Made by a program: the position numbers and the translations under genes. Below, one piece after another: positions 27,870-39,949 of a stretch of DNA of 64,000 nt. The notes under the pieces are model-generated. The model saw nothing but the letters and a program-made list of their open reading frames with translations, made no database searches and was not told the DNA's origin. Position 1 is the stretch's first letter. Each line of letters opens with the position of its first letter. Source of the stretch: Octopus vulgaris (lineage: Eukaryota); NCBI GenBank assembly GCA_951406725.2, contig OX597830.1, positions 63,364,001-63,428,000 of the forward strand. Reading direction: 5' to 3'.

Positions 27870-27985
27870 CAGTTTGAACATTTGCTGAACTGCTTGGGAG
27901 GATGGACCAGCAACCAAAAGGTCAACAGTTTGTACCATTCCTAGTACAAAGCTGGATTTACAATGCCAGGTGTGTTCGAATCCAT
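27870..27985 (-). CDS. Candidate internal exon (GFEHTWHCKSSFVLGMVQTVDLLVAGPSSQAVQQMFKL)
   Basis: Acceptor gtttatataactag| and donor CTG|gtaata; 116 nt, open only as phase 1 to 0. Confidence 0.4.
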
Positions 27986-28307
27986 CTAGTTATATAAACA
28001 GCATTAGTACAATTTGATCCTGTATATCTAACAAGTATTATGTTAGCCAAGTGCTGAGATGACTAACATAACTAGAATATATTTTGTTGATTTTGGAGAG
28101 TATGTGTGAGTGGGTTAACTTATTTCATACCCAATCCATCAGAGACCACTGCAGATTCTATGATACTCATATCCTACTTTGAAGTGATGATCTAAGTTCA
28201 AAATAATCTAACTATTCTCCATATGTTCTGACTGATTTGAATGTGAATATCTGATTGTTGTTGCTTTTTTTTTTTTGCCATCAAAGAACATACCCCTCTC
28301 TCTAGGT

Positions 28308-28653
28308 CAGTGGTTCTCAACCATTTCTTTTTACGTTGATTACTGTTTTATTCCTGTAGACCCTCATAGCTATTCATTGTTTAAAAATTACTTTTATAGA
28401 TAGTCGTTTCAAAATTCCTATTTTGTTTTTCAGACATTTGCTTGTATTAGTTTGCAATAGAATTCTCTGAGAGAATATTTCAGTCACCAGAAACATGTTA
28501 AACTATGTAAAATGTTAGAGAAAGAAACCTATATATTCCTTGAAATAAATACATCTAAAGCACATTTTTTTTTGCTATTGTGAATCCCCAATTTATTATT
28601 TTGCTAGCACAGAATCCTAAAAATCTTATATGAACTCCAGTTAAGAACCACTG
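28308..28653. mobile_element. hAT-type MITE
   Basis: TIRs CAGTGGTTCTCAAC / GTTAAGAACCACTG with 8-bp TSD CTCTAGGT / CTCTAGAT (7/8 identical). Confidence 0.88.
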
Positions 28654-28889
28654 CTCTAGATAACCTGTGTTCATAACATGTGATTCATTGGTGTAAGTCC
28701 CCTTACATCAATTATTTACGTATGTTATGAACACACATTGTTTAAAAAAAGAGGAATTCTCCAATGATTACAAAAAAGAAAAGGAAAGAGCCATCATATA
28801 TTACTGACATTTGAATCAGCCAGAATGAACTAAGAGTGAATTGATAGATTATTTGGATTCTTGTTTTGTGCGTGCACCTGACGAGTTTA

Positions 28890-29044
28890 GTAAGTTTAAA
28901 ATCTTTCATTAACATTTCATGTTAATTTATGTTCTAAACACCAGTTGGATAATGAAGTTAATTTACTAAATTCTTCATTATTTTCAAAACTAATTGAACC
29001 CAAAGCAGTATATTCCAACAGAAATATGGTAACAAATGGGTTAA
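28890..29044. mobile_element. Partial piggyBac-type MITE
   Basis: Matches the right half of 3039-3267; ends GGTAACAAATGGGTTAA. Confidence 0.65.
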
Positions 29045-30489
29045 ATAAGGACAAAACAACAAGGAAAGACAATAAGTGTAAAGCAGGAATTCACCAGGCT
29101 GCTTGCTTATTTCCAATACTCTTTATGCATTAGTACAACATTATAGAACATAAATAGACAGGAAATTTCAGACAAAGTAACCCTAAGCCACCCTCCTTCC
29201 CCCAAATATTTCCATTCATCATGGCCCCCTATAGTAATCTCGATGCCCTTTAGTGCCCACTTTGGGAGTCATTGTTGCAATGTTTGGCCTGCAGCTTATA
29301 TTGTTCTGCACAAATATTGGATAACACAGCAAATATAATATTACAGGTGCAGTAGCTGGTGCAGCTAGTTGGTGAAGGCTATTAGCACAAGTTGAGAGAA
29401 TGGAATATAATTCAATTTCGCTAACTCAAAGGTAACTACCGTTTCCAATTCCTAAGCAAATGGTTAGAGAGGAGCGGGGAAAACAGGGTGGGTGGGAAGA
29501 GAGGAAGTAGCTATCTATAGAACATTTGTATCTATAGAACATGTGTGCACATGCACACATGTGCATACATATATACATATTCATACATATACATTTGAAC
29601 ATATATACACATACATACATATAAACACGCATATACATAAAGATAAACAGAAACACACACATATATACAGATATACACAACACATATTTACACATACATA
29701 TATGCATACATATATATATATATATATACATACACATATATACACACATACACAGATAAAAAAACACACACACACATGTACATATATACAGACACACACA
29801 CAAACTTATGTATAAAGTATCAATGTTTCAATTATGTTTCTCCAGGATGAAATGGGCTGGGTGAGTCTACTATATAGTATATTATGACTCACTGACATTT
29901 TGTTATCCCATCTGCAAGGCACAGTATCCTGAGATCTAGCCTTAGCACTTCCCCCTAGATCTTCTTTAGTTACAAGTAATATAAATACACACAAACACAC
30001 ACATATGGATATTCATAAATATATATCTTTATCTTTTACTGGTTTCAGTCATTGGACTGCAGCCATGCTGGGGCACCACTTTGGCAGGTTTAGTTGAATA
30101 GACCAACCCTAGTGCATATGTTCTTCATTTCTAAAAGACTACTAATTATTCTATCACTCCCTTTTGCTGAACAGCAAAGTTATGCACACACCAATATATA
30201 TATATATACATATATATATGCATGTGCGTATCTTTTCTTGCTGGATTGTGTGTTCGTTTTTCTTTTTACCATCTATGATTTTATTTTTTATCTTCTATAC
30301 AAATGAGGATATTTCCTCCATGTGGCTGCTTTTCTTTCTACAAAACGGAAAGTTACATTGTGGAACAGTTATTTTCACAAGTAGTATTTATTTATCCCCC
30401 AACAAGATACATCGGCACTGCCAGATGCTCCTGAACCAGTTGTTGAGTGTCCCACCCATGAGGAATCGAATCGATGCTAGATGTATCAA

Positions 30490-30970
30490 AATGATTTTTA
30501 CCTGCAGAAATTTCTAAGCAACACTTAAAAGAGGACATCTTTATGTCCTTGATCAACCATCTTCAGCAATCTTCAGTCACAGATGAGAAGCCACCAACAG
30601 TTTACTGATATAGCAGTTTGAGATAGATGGTATTCAATTGAAAACCCAGCAATATATCTTTTACAAAAATAAAGAAGCAAAATAGATTGTTTCAAGGAAT
30701 TTAATTATGAAATTACAAAAACAATTGCAGCATGGAAGGTGTTTATAAGCCATTTAAAAACATACAAAATCCCCATAAGATTCACTTCAACATTTAAATT
30801 TAATTTGTGTCAAAATATTTTCATCACTTTGAAACCACGACCTGTTCACTGACAAAACTTCGATGCAGCATGAAGTTTTGTCCCTGAAGATTGCTGAAGA
30901 TGGTTGATCAAGGACATAAATATGTCCTCTTTTAAGTGTTGCTTAGAAATTTCTGCAGGTAAAAATCATT
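30490..30970. repeat. 87-bp near-perfect inverted repeat (30490-30576 / 30884-30970)
   Basis: Arms match at 86/87 positions; spacer ~307 bp contains a hairpin and hammerhead-like element. Confidence 0.92.
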
Positions 30971-31262
30971 AGCAGTCTGGGAACATCATCGTAATACATT
31001 AATATTATCAAAAGGGAGGCAGGTGATGAGAGTTTTAGGGGTTAATTTTAGGAAATAATTTATATATCTTATACTTGTTTCAGTCACTGAACTGTGGCCA
31101 TGCTTGAAGCACCACCTTGGAGGGATTTAGTTGAACAAATCACCCTCGGTATTTATTTTTAAAGCCTGGCGCTTATTTTATTGGTCTCTTTTGCTGAACC
31201 ACTAATTTGTATAAATGTAAACAGAGACACACACAAGCACAACACATATATGGGTTTCCATA

Positions 31263-31294
<32 letters not shown>

Positions 31295-31849
31295 TCATTT
31301 GACTAGGACTTGAAGATCTGTCACTAGTTGAAAAACCATCAAGTGAAGCTAAGTCCCAGTCAAAACAAACTTTAAATAATAACTTAACTTTTAGCTCCGA
31401 CTCTCCTCATCAGTAAATGTTCTGTTCTTAGTCATAAAACTGCTTTAAAATAACAAACTACACTTCTTTAACCATCTCCCACTCTCTCCATTTACTCTAG
31501 CAACGTCTACAAGGCCACTTTTCCTTTATTCTGGCCCCAGGGCCCTACCTTGACACCTTGTCACCATTATCTTTAACTCTTTCTCCAGCTCCACACCAAT
31601 TACTTTCCTTAACTCATGACACAATTCTCAGACCCATTAGATCCTGACAAACTGTTCAATCCATGACAACATGGAAGACAAACATTAAAAGAAGATGAGG
31701 ATGATGATATATGAGCCAGTAAAGAGCTACTGAGGAACCACAATGAGTAATAACGGTTGAAATTTAGAAATAGTCCTTTCTATAGTCATCGTCACTGATG
31801 GGTTGGCAGTCATGAAATATCTAGGCCATTAGTTTTCAGCATGAGAGGA

Positions 31850-32900
31850 GTGACAATGTTAATCTGGTGGGGGTACATCACAGGCCATTTATCAGTTTGA
31901 ATCCTGGTCTGTGTTTTTGTGACTGCATTAAAGAGGTCATCTAATCTTTCCTATACAACAGCGTATGAAGCAGTTGAGTTAAATATCATAAAACTAAAAT
32001 TAGAATTATGTAAAGCATTCACATCTCACTACAGTATTTCAAAATCATTTACTGTCTCTATTTCTAATGATTCTGTACTGTTATCTGCATAATTAAAGAC
32101 TCTGGTAGCTTGATTGACTTTAACTCCAACTAAAGGAGTCATAATAAAAATAAGAGAGTCCGGAAATAAGTACTTTGCAATATACCATCTCCCAAACAGA
32201 GCTGACGTATATCATATGACTGACTGCAATCATATGTGAAGGTACATTGTCTAAATACTAGGGCGTTTAGCAGATAATTATAAGGTTATGGGTTTAGTTC
32301 CTGAGCTGAATGGAATACTGCAGTGTCTTAAGTAAGGCACTTCATTACACATTGCTCAGTGAGTGCCAGCCAGGTGCAGACAGAGCCATCTCAGCCTCTG
32401 ACTAACAGATCCCGGATATTCAGCTGGATCAAGAGTGAGAAGGTTACGAGGATATGCATGCCTATTTGTTACTACACAGGCACCTAAAACAATTAACGAA
32501 AGCATGGCACATCCTCGTAAGCCATTCTTGCTTATAAATGATGCCTGTGTTTCAACACCAAATAGTTTGACACCAAGTTCTGAGCTATTGAGGATAATCA
32601 GTATGGATAAAGGAAAATTCAGCATAAACTTTGTCAAAAGCTCAGGCAAAAAGCACAAAGGGACAGCTAATATCTGATCCTTCCAAAAGATATTTTGAAC
32701 CTGGGTTGAAGAATGCACAAACTATGCTGGGCGCCATTAAAGAAGTTCTTTTACTTCCTTTAGTCAATTTTCACACTAACAATGCATTTCAACACTTTGG
32801 TAATGTGCAACATGAATGAGAGAGAGAGAAGAGTGAGGGAAATGGGTCTACGATTACTTAGTTGTGCTCTGCTACTGCCTTTTCTTAATTGGTGCCTCCT
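31850..32900. pseudogene. Scrambled CR1/L2/Jockey-like LINE RT fragments
   Basis: VFNYADN (YADD-like, minus, ~32090); AQTMLGAIK (plus, ~32720); NRRPISLT (NYRPISL-like, minus, ~32850); interrupted by a SINE head at ~32250. Confidence 0.45.
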
Positions 32901-33159
32901 CACAAGGCTATCACATCTTTGGCTGTAATATTTATGTGGGTACAAAAGATGTTTATATAACTGTCCATCGGATCAAAGAGAAATTTCTGAAAAATTATTA
33001 TTTAAAAAAATAATTTGCTGAGTTGAGTGGGTGCTCCAGCATGGCTGCAGCCAATAGGATAAGACAAGTAGAAGAGTGTCATGAATAGCATTTGAGAATA
33101 ATGCCTACCTCAATGTTACACACAAACCTTTCTAACATTGCTATGGCCTGATATACAAA

Positions 33160-33477
33160 ATTTTTTTTTATTTATGCACCCCTTTCAAGCTTAGCCAGGC
33201 TCATGGGCCTGGTATCTCAGTTTCTATGGCGTACGTGTTCCCCCCAGCTGGACGGGACGCCAGTCCATCACAGCATTACTCAAGAAACAGGAAGAAAGAG
33301 TGAGAGAAAGTTGGTGCGAAAGAGTACAACAGGGGTCGCTACCACCCCTTGCTGGAGCCTTGTGGAGCTTTAGGTGTTTTCGCTCAATAAACACACACAA
33401 CGCCCAGTCTGGGAATTGAAACCGCAATCCTCCGACCGTGAGTCTGCTGCCCTAACCAATGGGTCATTGCGCCTCAA
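33160..33477 (-). mobile_element. Full-length tRNA-derived SINE with 13-bp TSD
   Basis: TSD CCTGATATACAAA at 33147-33159 and 33478-33490; head GAGGCGCAATGACCCATTGGTTAGGGCAGC; A-rich tail; sister copy at 38620. Confidence 0.92.
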
Positions 33478-34671
33478 CCTGATATACAAAGGCACGAGAC
33501 AATTTGGCACAACTGTTTCGGCAGCACTGATTTGATGCTGACTTCATTTGCCATGGAAAAGTTTTAATGGTTCTCTTGTCCACCCCTCCCACCTCCCTGT
33601 GTGAGTACATTTCTCTGTATATGCAGACGAGAAGGAAGATGTTTATGATGTCAACTGTGTTCAATTAATAAACTGTAACGCTTCTCTCTCTCTCCCTCTT
33701 CCCTTCTCTCTGTTCATGTGTGAATATATTTCTCTTTTTATGGAGGACGAGAGGAAAGTGTTATTAAGCCAATCATATTCAGTTCACAAATTGTACTGTT
33801 TCACACTCTCTCACTCTTTCTATCTGTGTACACATATATTTCTGCTTGAACATACATGTGTGTTTGCCTTCCGTGCCAAAAAGTACTGTCGCTAAAACAG
33901 GTTCAATGTTCAGTCAGCCATGCCACATTATCAGCATCCAAACAGCCACTCTCATTTGTCTCATTCCATGTGGAACTACTTTCACATTTGTTAAAGTAGA
34001 ACAAAGCATAAGAGCTAGTGTTATTCTTTCTAGGAGCCTAAGGGGGTTCATTAAAATAATATTTTTCAAATCAGTTTTAGGGTATATTTCATCCTATCTC
34101 ACATCCTGAAGGTTTTATTAACTTCTGTGTTGTTAAACCAGATTACTGCTCTTATGCATATTTTTAGGAAGGATTTTCCTAGCATGGTTAAAATTCTTTA
34201 AACACGCATGGTACTTGATTGTTTTACAAATCTCTATTACAGAATTTTAGCTTCAAACCAATGGTTAAAACTTTTGTCAGCATTTCTCATAGTAATTACC
34301 ATTCTTCCTTTTATCTAACAAATTTCACAAAATTACTTTGTTGGTATTTAGCCCCAGGTCAGCCCTGATAAAGCAGATCTATGATCAAAAGTATTCCAGT
34401 AGTGGCCATCACATCTTTTATTCATAGTGCATTCAGGGTCATACCTTATCTTATATATCCTTCCCTCTTTTATGAGGTAGGTAATAATTTGAGGGATATT
34501 TGGCAGCTATTTTTAGCAACCAAACAACTAAGGCCTTTTCATAAGCTTTTGGTAGGCAGTGTCATAAATGCAGCAAAAAAAGTAATCCTGTATATTGAGA
34601 GAGAGAGAGTCTAATTTGTGAACACTGAAACTTTCTACCTCCAACTAACCTGAGGTTTAGTCAGCACTCAC

Positions 34672-34703
34672 GGTCCATTTCAATTTGCTCATTGCTGTTA
34701 ATA
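34672..34703 (-). CDS. Candidate micro-exon (INSNEQIEMD)
   Basis: Acceptor ttttacaacttttag| and donor ACC|gtgagt; 32 nt, phase 2 to 1, bridging the 35506 exon to downstream phase-1 exons. Confidence 0.35.
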
Positions 34704-35505
34704 CTAAAAGTTGTAAAACGTGACAGGAGTTTTACTTTAATATGTTACAACCTAGATAAAGAAGAAGCAAAGCTGTGAAAGACACTTCAATCTTTCTACT
34801 GCTACATTTTTCAATACAAGCTTTGAATGATATCATTTAAAGTTTCCTTTGTTTCTTTCTTTATTTTATTCTTGAACAGGGTCTGTTAACTGAAATATTA
34901 AAAGTAATAATTTTTTTCTATTGATATAAATTTATATAAATATCCACGTCATATACTCTGATACATATTGTTTTTAATACATGTATATAAAGAGATTTTC
35001 TCTTAGACAAAAACCACAGCATCATTCCTTTCAACAAGATAAATACATTTAGTATGATACATAGATGGCAATTTTAATGTGAGTGGCATGCTTTCTGCAA
35101 TACTAGTGATTGAATTATTCACCATGTCCTACAAATCAAAGCATGAATTTTGTCAAAGTGAGTGACAAATAGGTGCACAGCATTGACAGTAGGGTGAAAT
35201 GCATCTGTTGGTCTCATGAGTCACTGTTGTAGTGATGTTCATGTTGTTCCAGTATCCTCTGTGCTTTTGACACATGTCTATGAAGAGATTTTCACTCATA
35301 CAGAAACTACATGCTTACAATAGTATATACGAATAGATATTACACACGCATACATATAAAAATCAAAGGTAGGGCAAAAAGAACATGACAAGCGGGATCG
35401 AAGAAAACACCAGATGCGGAAAAACAGACGATAACATAACATAAGCAATAACATGGACAATGGCATAACATAACTGCAAACAGGACAGAAACAAGATACA
35501 CAGAC

Positions 35506-35606
35506 CAATCATGGCAAATTTCCTCATCAGTCGGCTTCTGGAAGGTCATTGTAGTTTCACACCTCTTGAATACCGAGACTATTCAAATTCAGCAAGGTGC
35601 CAGGGA
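35506..35606 (-). CDS. Candidate start-codon exon (ATG 35549; MTFQKPTDEEICHD)
   Basis: Unique, locally CpG-retaining sequence; weak acceptor cttttctcttaag| and weak donor TTG|gtctgt. Confidence 0.3.
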
Positions 35607-36084
35607 CTTAAGAGAAAAGCATTAAGCCTCTCTCTCTCTATATATATATAAATACTGACCTGCGTGCCTAACCATCAGAATCTAAAACAAAGTGATGTAT
35701 AACAACATCTAATAGTTTGGTTAATGCTGTGGGGTGTGTGTGTGTGTACATATATAGTTCTGTAGAAAGACTAGTATTTAGTTGTATGCCTTAAAAAGAT
35801 TTGTTACAATTTTACTTTAGTTCCATGCATGATTGATTTCTACCAGTTTAAACTGTACCAGTCATGTGCATAGTCAATCAAGTAATACAAGAAGAGGTCG
35901 TACACAATGACTGGTGTGACAGTGTCATTGTCGACTGTTATGTGGGTAAAAGATATGCACTACAAATGGGCAAATACAAAAATATAAAGTATATCAATAT
36001 ATGAATAATAGGTAATGATTCACAAGAGGAAGGATATTCAGCAGTAAAACAACTCCTTGTTATGTATGGATCTAACCTTTGGTT

Positions 36085-37325
36085 ACAAGGAAAAAACAAA
36101 CATGAAAACTATTGTACTTGACATTCACCAACTTGGGGAAAGTCTTTGGCAGAATCCATCACTCTGTTATTGGTCTCTAAGGAAGTTAAGAGTAGATGAA
36201 TGGCTTGTGAGAGCCATATAAGGCTTGTATGTATAGGGGTGCTGTCAATAGGGTGAGAGTCAGCTATGAATACAGTGATGAATTTAGTGAACAAATAGGA
36301 CTTCACCAGGGTTCAGTCCTCAGTGCTCTATTCATCTTAATCTCCCATGCCATAACAGAAGAATTTAAGATTGGCTGCCTGTGAGAACTACTATATCCTG
36401 ATGACCTTGCCCTTCCAGCAGAATCTGTAGCAGAACTGGTAAAGAAATTCTAGGTATGAAAGCCAAACCTGGAATCAAAGCGCTTTAATGTTAACCTAGC
36501 AAAGAACGAAGTAATTCAACAAGAAAGCAGATAAGACTCTTTCCGTTAGGTAAATGGTCCTGCTCAATAGATAGGGAAGGTGTTGGAAGAAATTCCATTT
36601 GATGCACCAAAAGTAAAATTTGGACACATATCAGATGCAATGGAATCTCAGGTAGGTTTACAGAGAAAGTAGCCTTTGTACGTGGCAGATGCACAAGAAC
36701 AATAAACAGTGACACATTAGATTTTCTCAAATGCCTAGTAAATTCCCTGGAGGTTGTAGACAATTTCTGTTTCCTAAGTGACCAAGTTAGCAGTGGAGGA
36801 AGACGTTATGAAAGTATAGTTGCTAGAATAAAAATAGGATAGATAAAGTTCAGAGAGCTATTACCTTTGGTGGCAACAAAGGGCCTCACTCTTAGAGTGA
36901 AAAGAAAATTGTATGATGTTTGTTTGCAAATGATTGTACTCCATGGTAGTGAGACATGGGCTCTGAATGCAAATGACATGCAAAAGCTGGACAAGAATGA
37001 AAGCAGTATACTCTCATGGGCATGCACCATCAGTGTGCATGTATGACAAAGTGCAAATGTGTTGAGAGAAAAGTTAGGCATAAGAGGAATCAGATGTAGC
37101 ATGCAAGAGAAAAGACTATGATGGTGTGGTCATGTGATGTGTATGGATGAGAACAACTGTATAAAGAAATGATGATCGCTTAAAGTGAGTGGAACCTGCA
37201 GAAGAGGGAAATCCAGAAGGATGTGGGAAGTAGTGAGAGCCAATCTCAAGATGTTGAGCCTCGTGGAAAAGATGACAATAGACTGAGATATCTGTCAATA
37301 TGAAGAATTTGAGAAGAACAATTCA
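36085..37325 (+). mobile_element. 5'-truncated, decayed RTE-clade LINE (RT domain to C-terminus)
   Basis: Frameshifted motifs in order: LYLTF..L.K.F, GLHQGSVLS, LLYPDDLAL (YADD), LESK..VNLAK, FCFLSD (YLG), LHGSETWAL, WCGHVM.M; many stops. Confidence 0.92.
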
Positions 37326-38339
37326 CCCCAGTGAAACTGAGTTCTGGAAATGCTGTGTATTGTGTGCTCTCCATTTACACCCACACCTCACAAACCAAAC
37401 TACATCTCCTCATGCACTACGCTTGTCTCCCATCTCTGCTCTTGCAGTCCAACACTGCTTTGTCACCTCCCCCTACCCACCCTATCATTGCTATCCTATC
37501 GCTTCCCTATATACCCATCTTCATCACTCACTGCATTCCCCTTCCCTTCTCCTTTCACACTCCCAGTCCAATCTTCCGTACCATTCCACCTCCCTGTACT
37601 TGAGGGTATGTCCTGGCACATCATCACCAACATCTTTTCACCGGTCCCCATTCCGACTGGGGTAACCATGTATCACATCTACATCAAGACACCTGTTTCT
37701 GTCCCTCTATCATAGTTTAATCTCTCATCAATTTGGTTCAAAGCCACTTCCCTCAATACAACTCTCCTCTCAATTGAAGTCTTTGTCTTGCAAGCTACTT
37801 GGTGACTGTGCTGGTGCCATGGAAAAAAAAAAAAGGCACCCTGTACACACTGTAAAGTGGTTGACATTAGGAAGGGCATCCATCCATAGAAACGATGTCA
37901 AAGCTGACAGTAGTGCTTGGTGCAGTCTTCTGATTTGCCAGTTCCTGTTAAACCATCCAACCCATGTCAGCATGGAAAATGGACATTAAATGATGGTGAT
38001 CATGATATCATCTTTTCAGCTGCTCCCACACACTCTTATATAATGCAGAGTGGCCATGTATCTCCTCTATAGCAAGACATCTGTATCTGTCCCTCTATCG
38101 TATTTTTTCCTCTCAACACCTAGTGTAATGCCACCTTTCTCCCTACTACAACTCTACTCAGACAAGGAATCTTTCATTTTGGTTGCAAGTTGTTTGACAA
38201 CATCACTAGTGTCAATATCATGAATTAAAGCATCCAGTACACACTGTAACATAGCTGGTGTTTAGGAAGTGCATCCAGCCTCAGAAACTATGTCAGAATG
38301 GAAGACAGATACTGAGTTATTATAATGTGTGTGTGTGTG

Positions 38340-38373
<34 letters not shown>

Positions 38374-38375
<2 letters not shown>

Positions 38376-38588
38376 GGAGTAAACACATAAATGTGAAACA
38401 AGGTGGAAAAAAGAGTACTCAAATACCAGTGGTAGAGTAATATGCTTTATTTTAAGCAGCAGAAAATTCAACAAAATCTGTTACTCTGAGTTTCTCGTTG
38501 CCGTTCATCAGACAGTTTTTGCTAGCAAAAACTGTCTGATGAACGGCAACGAGAAACTCAGAGTAACAGATTTTGTTGAATTTTCTGC

Positions 38589-38589
<1 letters not shown>
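38374..38589. mobile_element. Non-autonomous Penelope-like fold-back element in (TA)n
   Basis: Contains a perfect 132-bp palindrome (38458-38589) plus an 84-bp unique extension; homologous to 60595-60824; flanked by (TA)n. Confidence 0.8.
38532..38569 (+). ncRNA. Minimal type I hammerhead ribozyme motif (mirror copy on minus strand at 38478-38515)
   Basis: CTGT-CTGATGA-ACG.GCAA.CGA-GAAA-CTC.A.GAG-TA-ACAG: stem I CTGT/ACAG, canonical cores, GUA cleavage triplet; stem II closing pair is A.A in this copy. Confidence 0.7.
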
Positions 38590-38619
<30 letters not shown>

Positions 38620-38927
38620 GGAGGCGCAATGGCCCAGTGGTTATGGCAGCGGACTCGTGGTCAGAGGACCGCAGTTTTAATTCCCAGACCAGGCGTTGTG
38701 TGTGTTTATTGAGCGAAAACACCTAAAGCTCCACAAGGCCCCCCAGGGGGTGGTGGCAACCCCTGTTGTACGCTTTCGCCCCAACTTTCTCTCAATCCTT
38801 CTTCCTGTTTCTTGAGTAATGCTGCAATGGATTGGCATCCCATCCAGATGGGGGGAACACATACGCCACAGAAACCGGGAAAATGGGCCCATGAGCTTGG
38901 CTAGGCTTGAAAAGGGCGCATAAATAA
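38620..38927 (+). mobile_element. Full-length tRNA-derived SINE in (TA)n
   Basis: Co-linear with the reverse complement of 33160-33477. Confidence 0.9.
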
Positions 38928-39949
38928 TATATATATATATATCCCTTCTCAATTCCAGAAAATGTAGTTGTTAATGATCAGTCATTCCCAACTGTTCAGT
39001 TACATAATAAGCATATGAGTTCTCCTCCAGGACCACTCCCGTACTATCATATGTTTTACATTTCATTCTTTGATATTGAATCAAATTTTTAGCTGCCTCT
39101 CTGCTCCTTCTCCTTTATGTGTCTAAATGTGTTTGAGAGTCTCAATGAGCTTTTGATACATCGTTTAGTATTTTAGTAAAGCTCTTTTCTCAAGGAGAAT
39201 TACAGGGATTTTGGTACAGTTTCTGGCAGAATGCATCTTCATCCTATCTATTGCAGATATTGTTTTTATCTCAATGGCTTTTTTCGATGTTATGTCATGT
39301 TAAAGACTCAGCGACATAACATTTGAGTGTTGTACACATTCAAACATTTGAAAATTAGTGAAAACATTTATATACCACACATCACACTGTACTGATCAAG
39401 AAACCAGTCTTTATTGAAGAATGGATGCTTTCTGAGGTTTCCCGATTTTGATATCCAGAGAAGGAAAAAAAATAAAAGAGGTAAGAAGGACAAGAGAAAA
39501 GAAACAAAAAACAGTTCACCTTTGTTGCTAACAACATTTATATACCACCTTTGTCACAATTTATATTTTCTACATCAAAGTTTCAGGTGTTAATTTTTGT
39601 TAATTTATTCTCTTAAATGGCCTAATTAGTTTCTCTTCCCGACCACATAATGCAGCTGTGTTCCTTGTGTATTAATGAGCTCTTGTTTTCTTCACAGGAA
39701 TAATACTAATTGCACACAGCAGGTTTTTAATCGTTTTTAGTTATAATTTGTGGTCAGTTTTATAAGAAACTGGACCTGTAAAAAAATTGAAGTCATCCCA
39801 AAGTTATTCTTACTTAAGTTACATATAAGTTGCTTTTGTAATGCCATTGAGTGAGAACGCTGTAGTTTAAATTTGACATAATGGACAAATTATTAATACA
39901 AATCAGTATATTGTTACTTTTTGATGAAGAGCCAAGAACCTGCTCTATA

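Noticed and set aside
29347-29431. Plus-strand AG...GT bounded segment (also donors at 25792 and 26115)
   Set aside because: Stops in all three frames for the 29347 segment and no coherent plus-strand chain; expected by chance.
30420-30480. TGC TCC TGA resembling the antizyme +1 frameshift site
   Set aside because: Lacks the usual TGG-TGC-TCC-TGA-T context and the +1 frame stops after 15 codons.
27960-35549. Splicing 35506 directly to 27985 gives C-H-D-TGA, a CxxU-like selenoprotein motif
   Set aside because: The frame ends 8 codons later, no SECIS was identified and there is no thioredoxin-like fold; likely coincidence.
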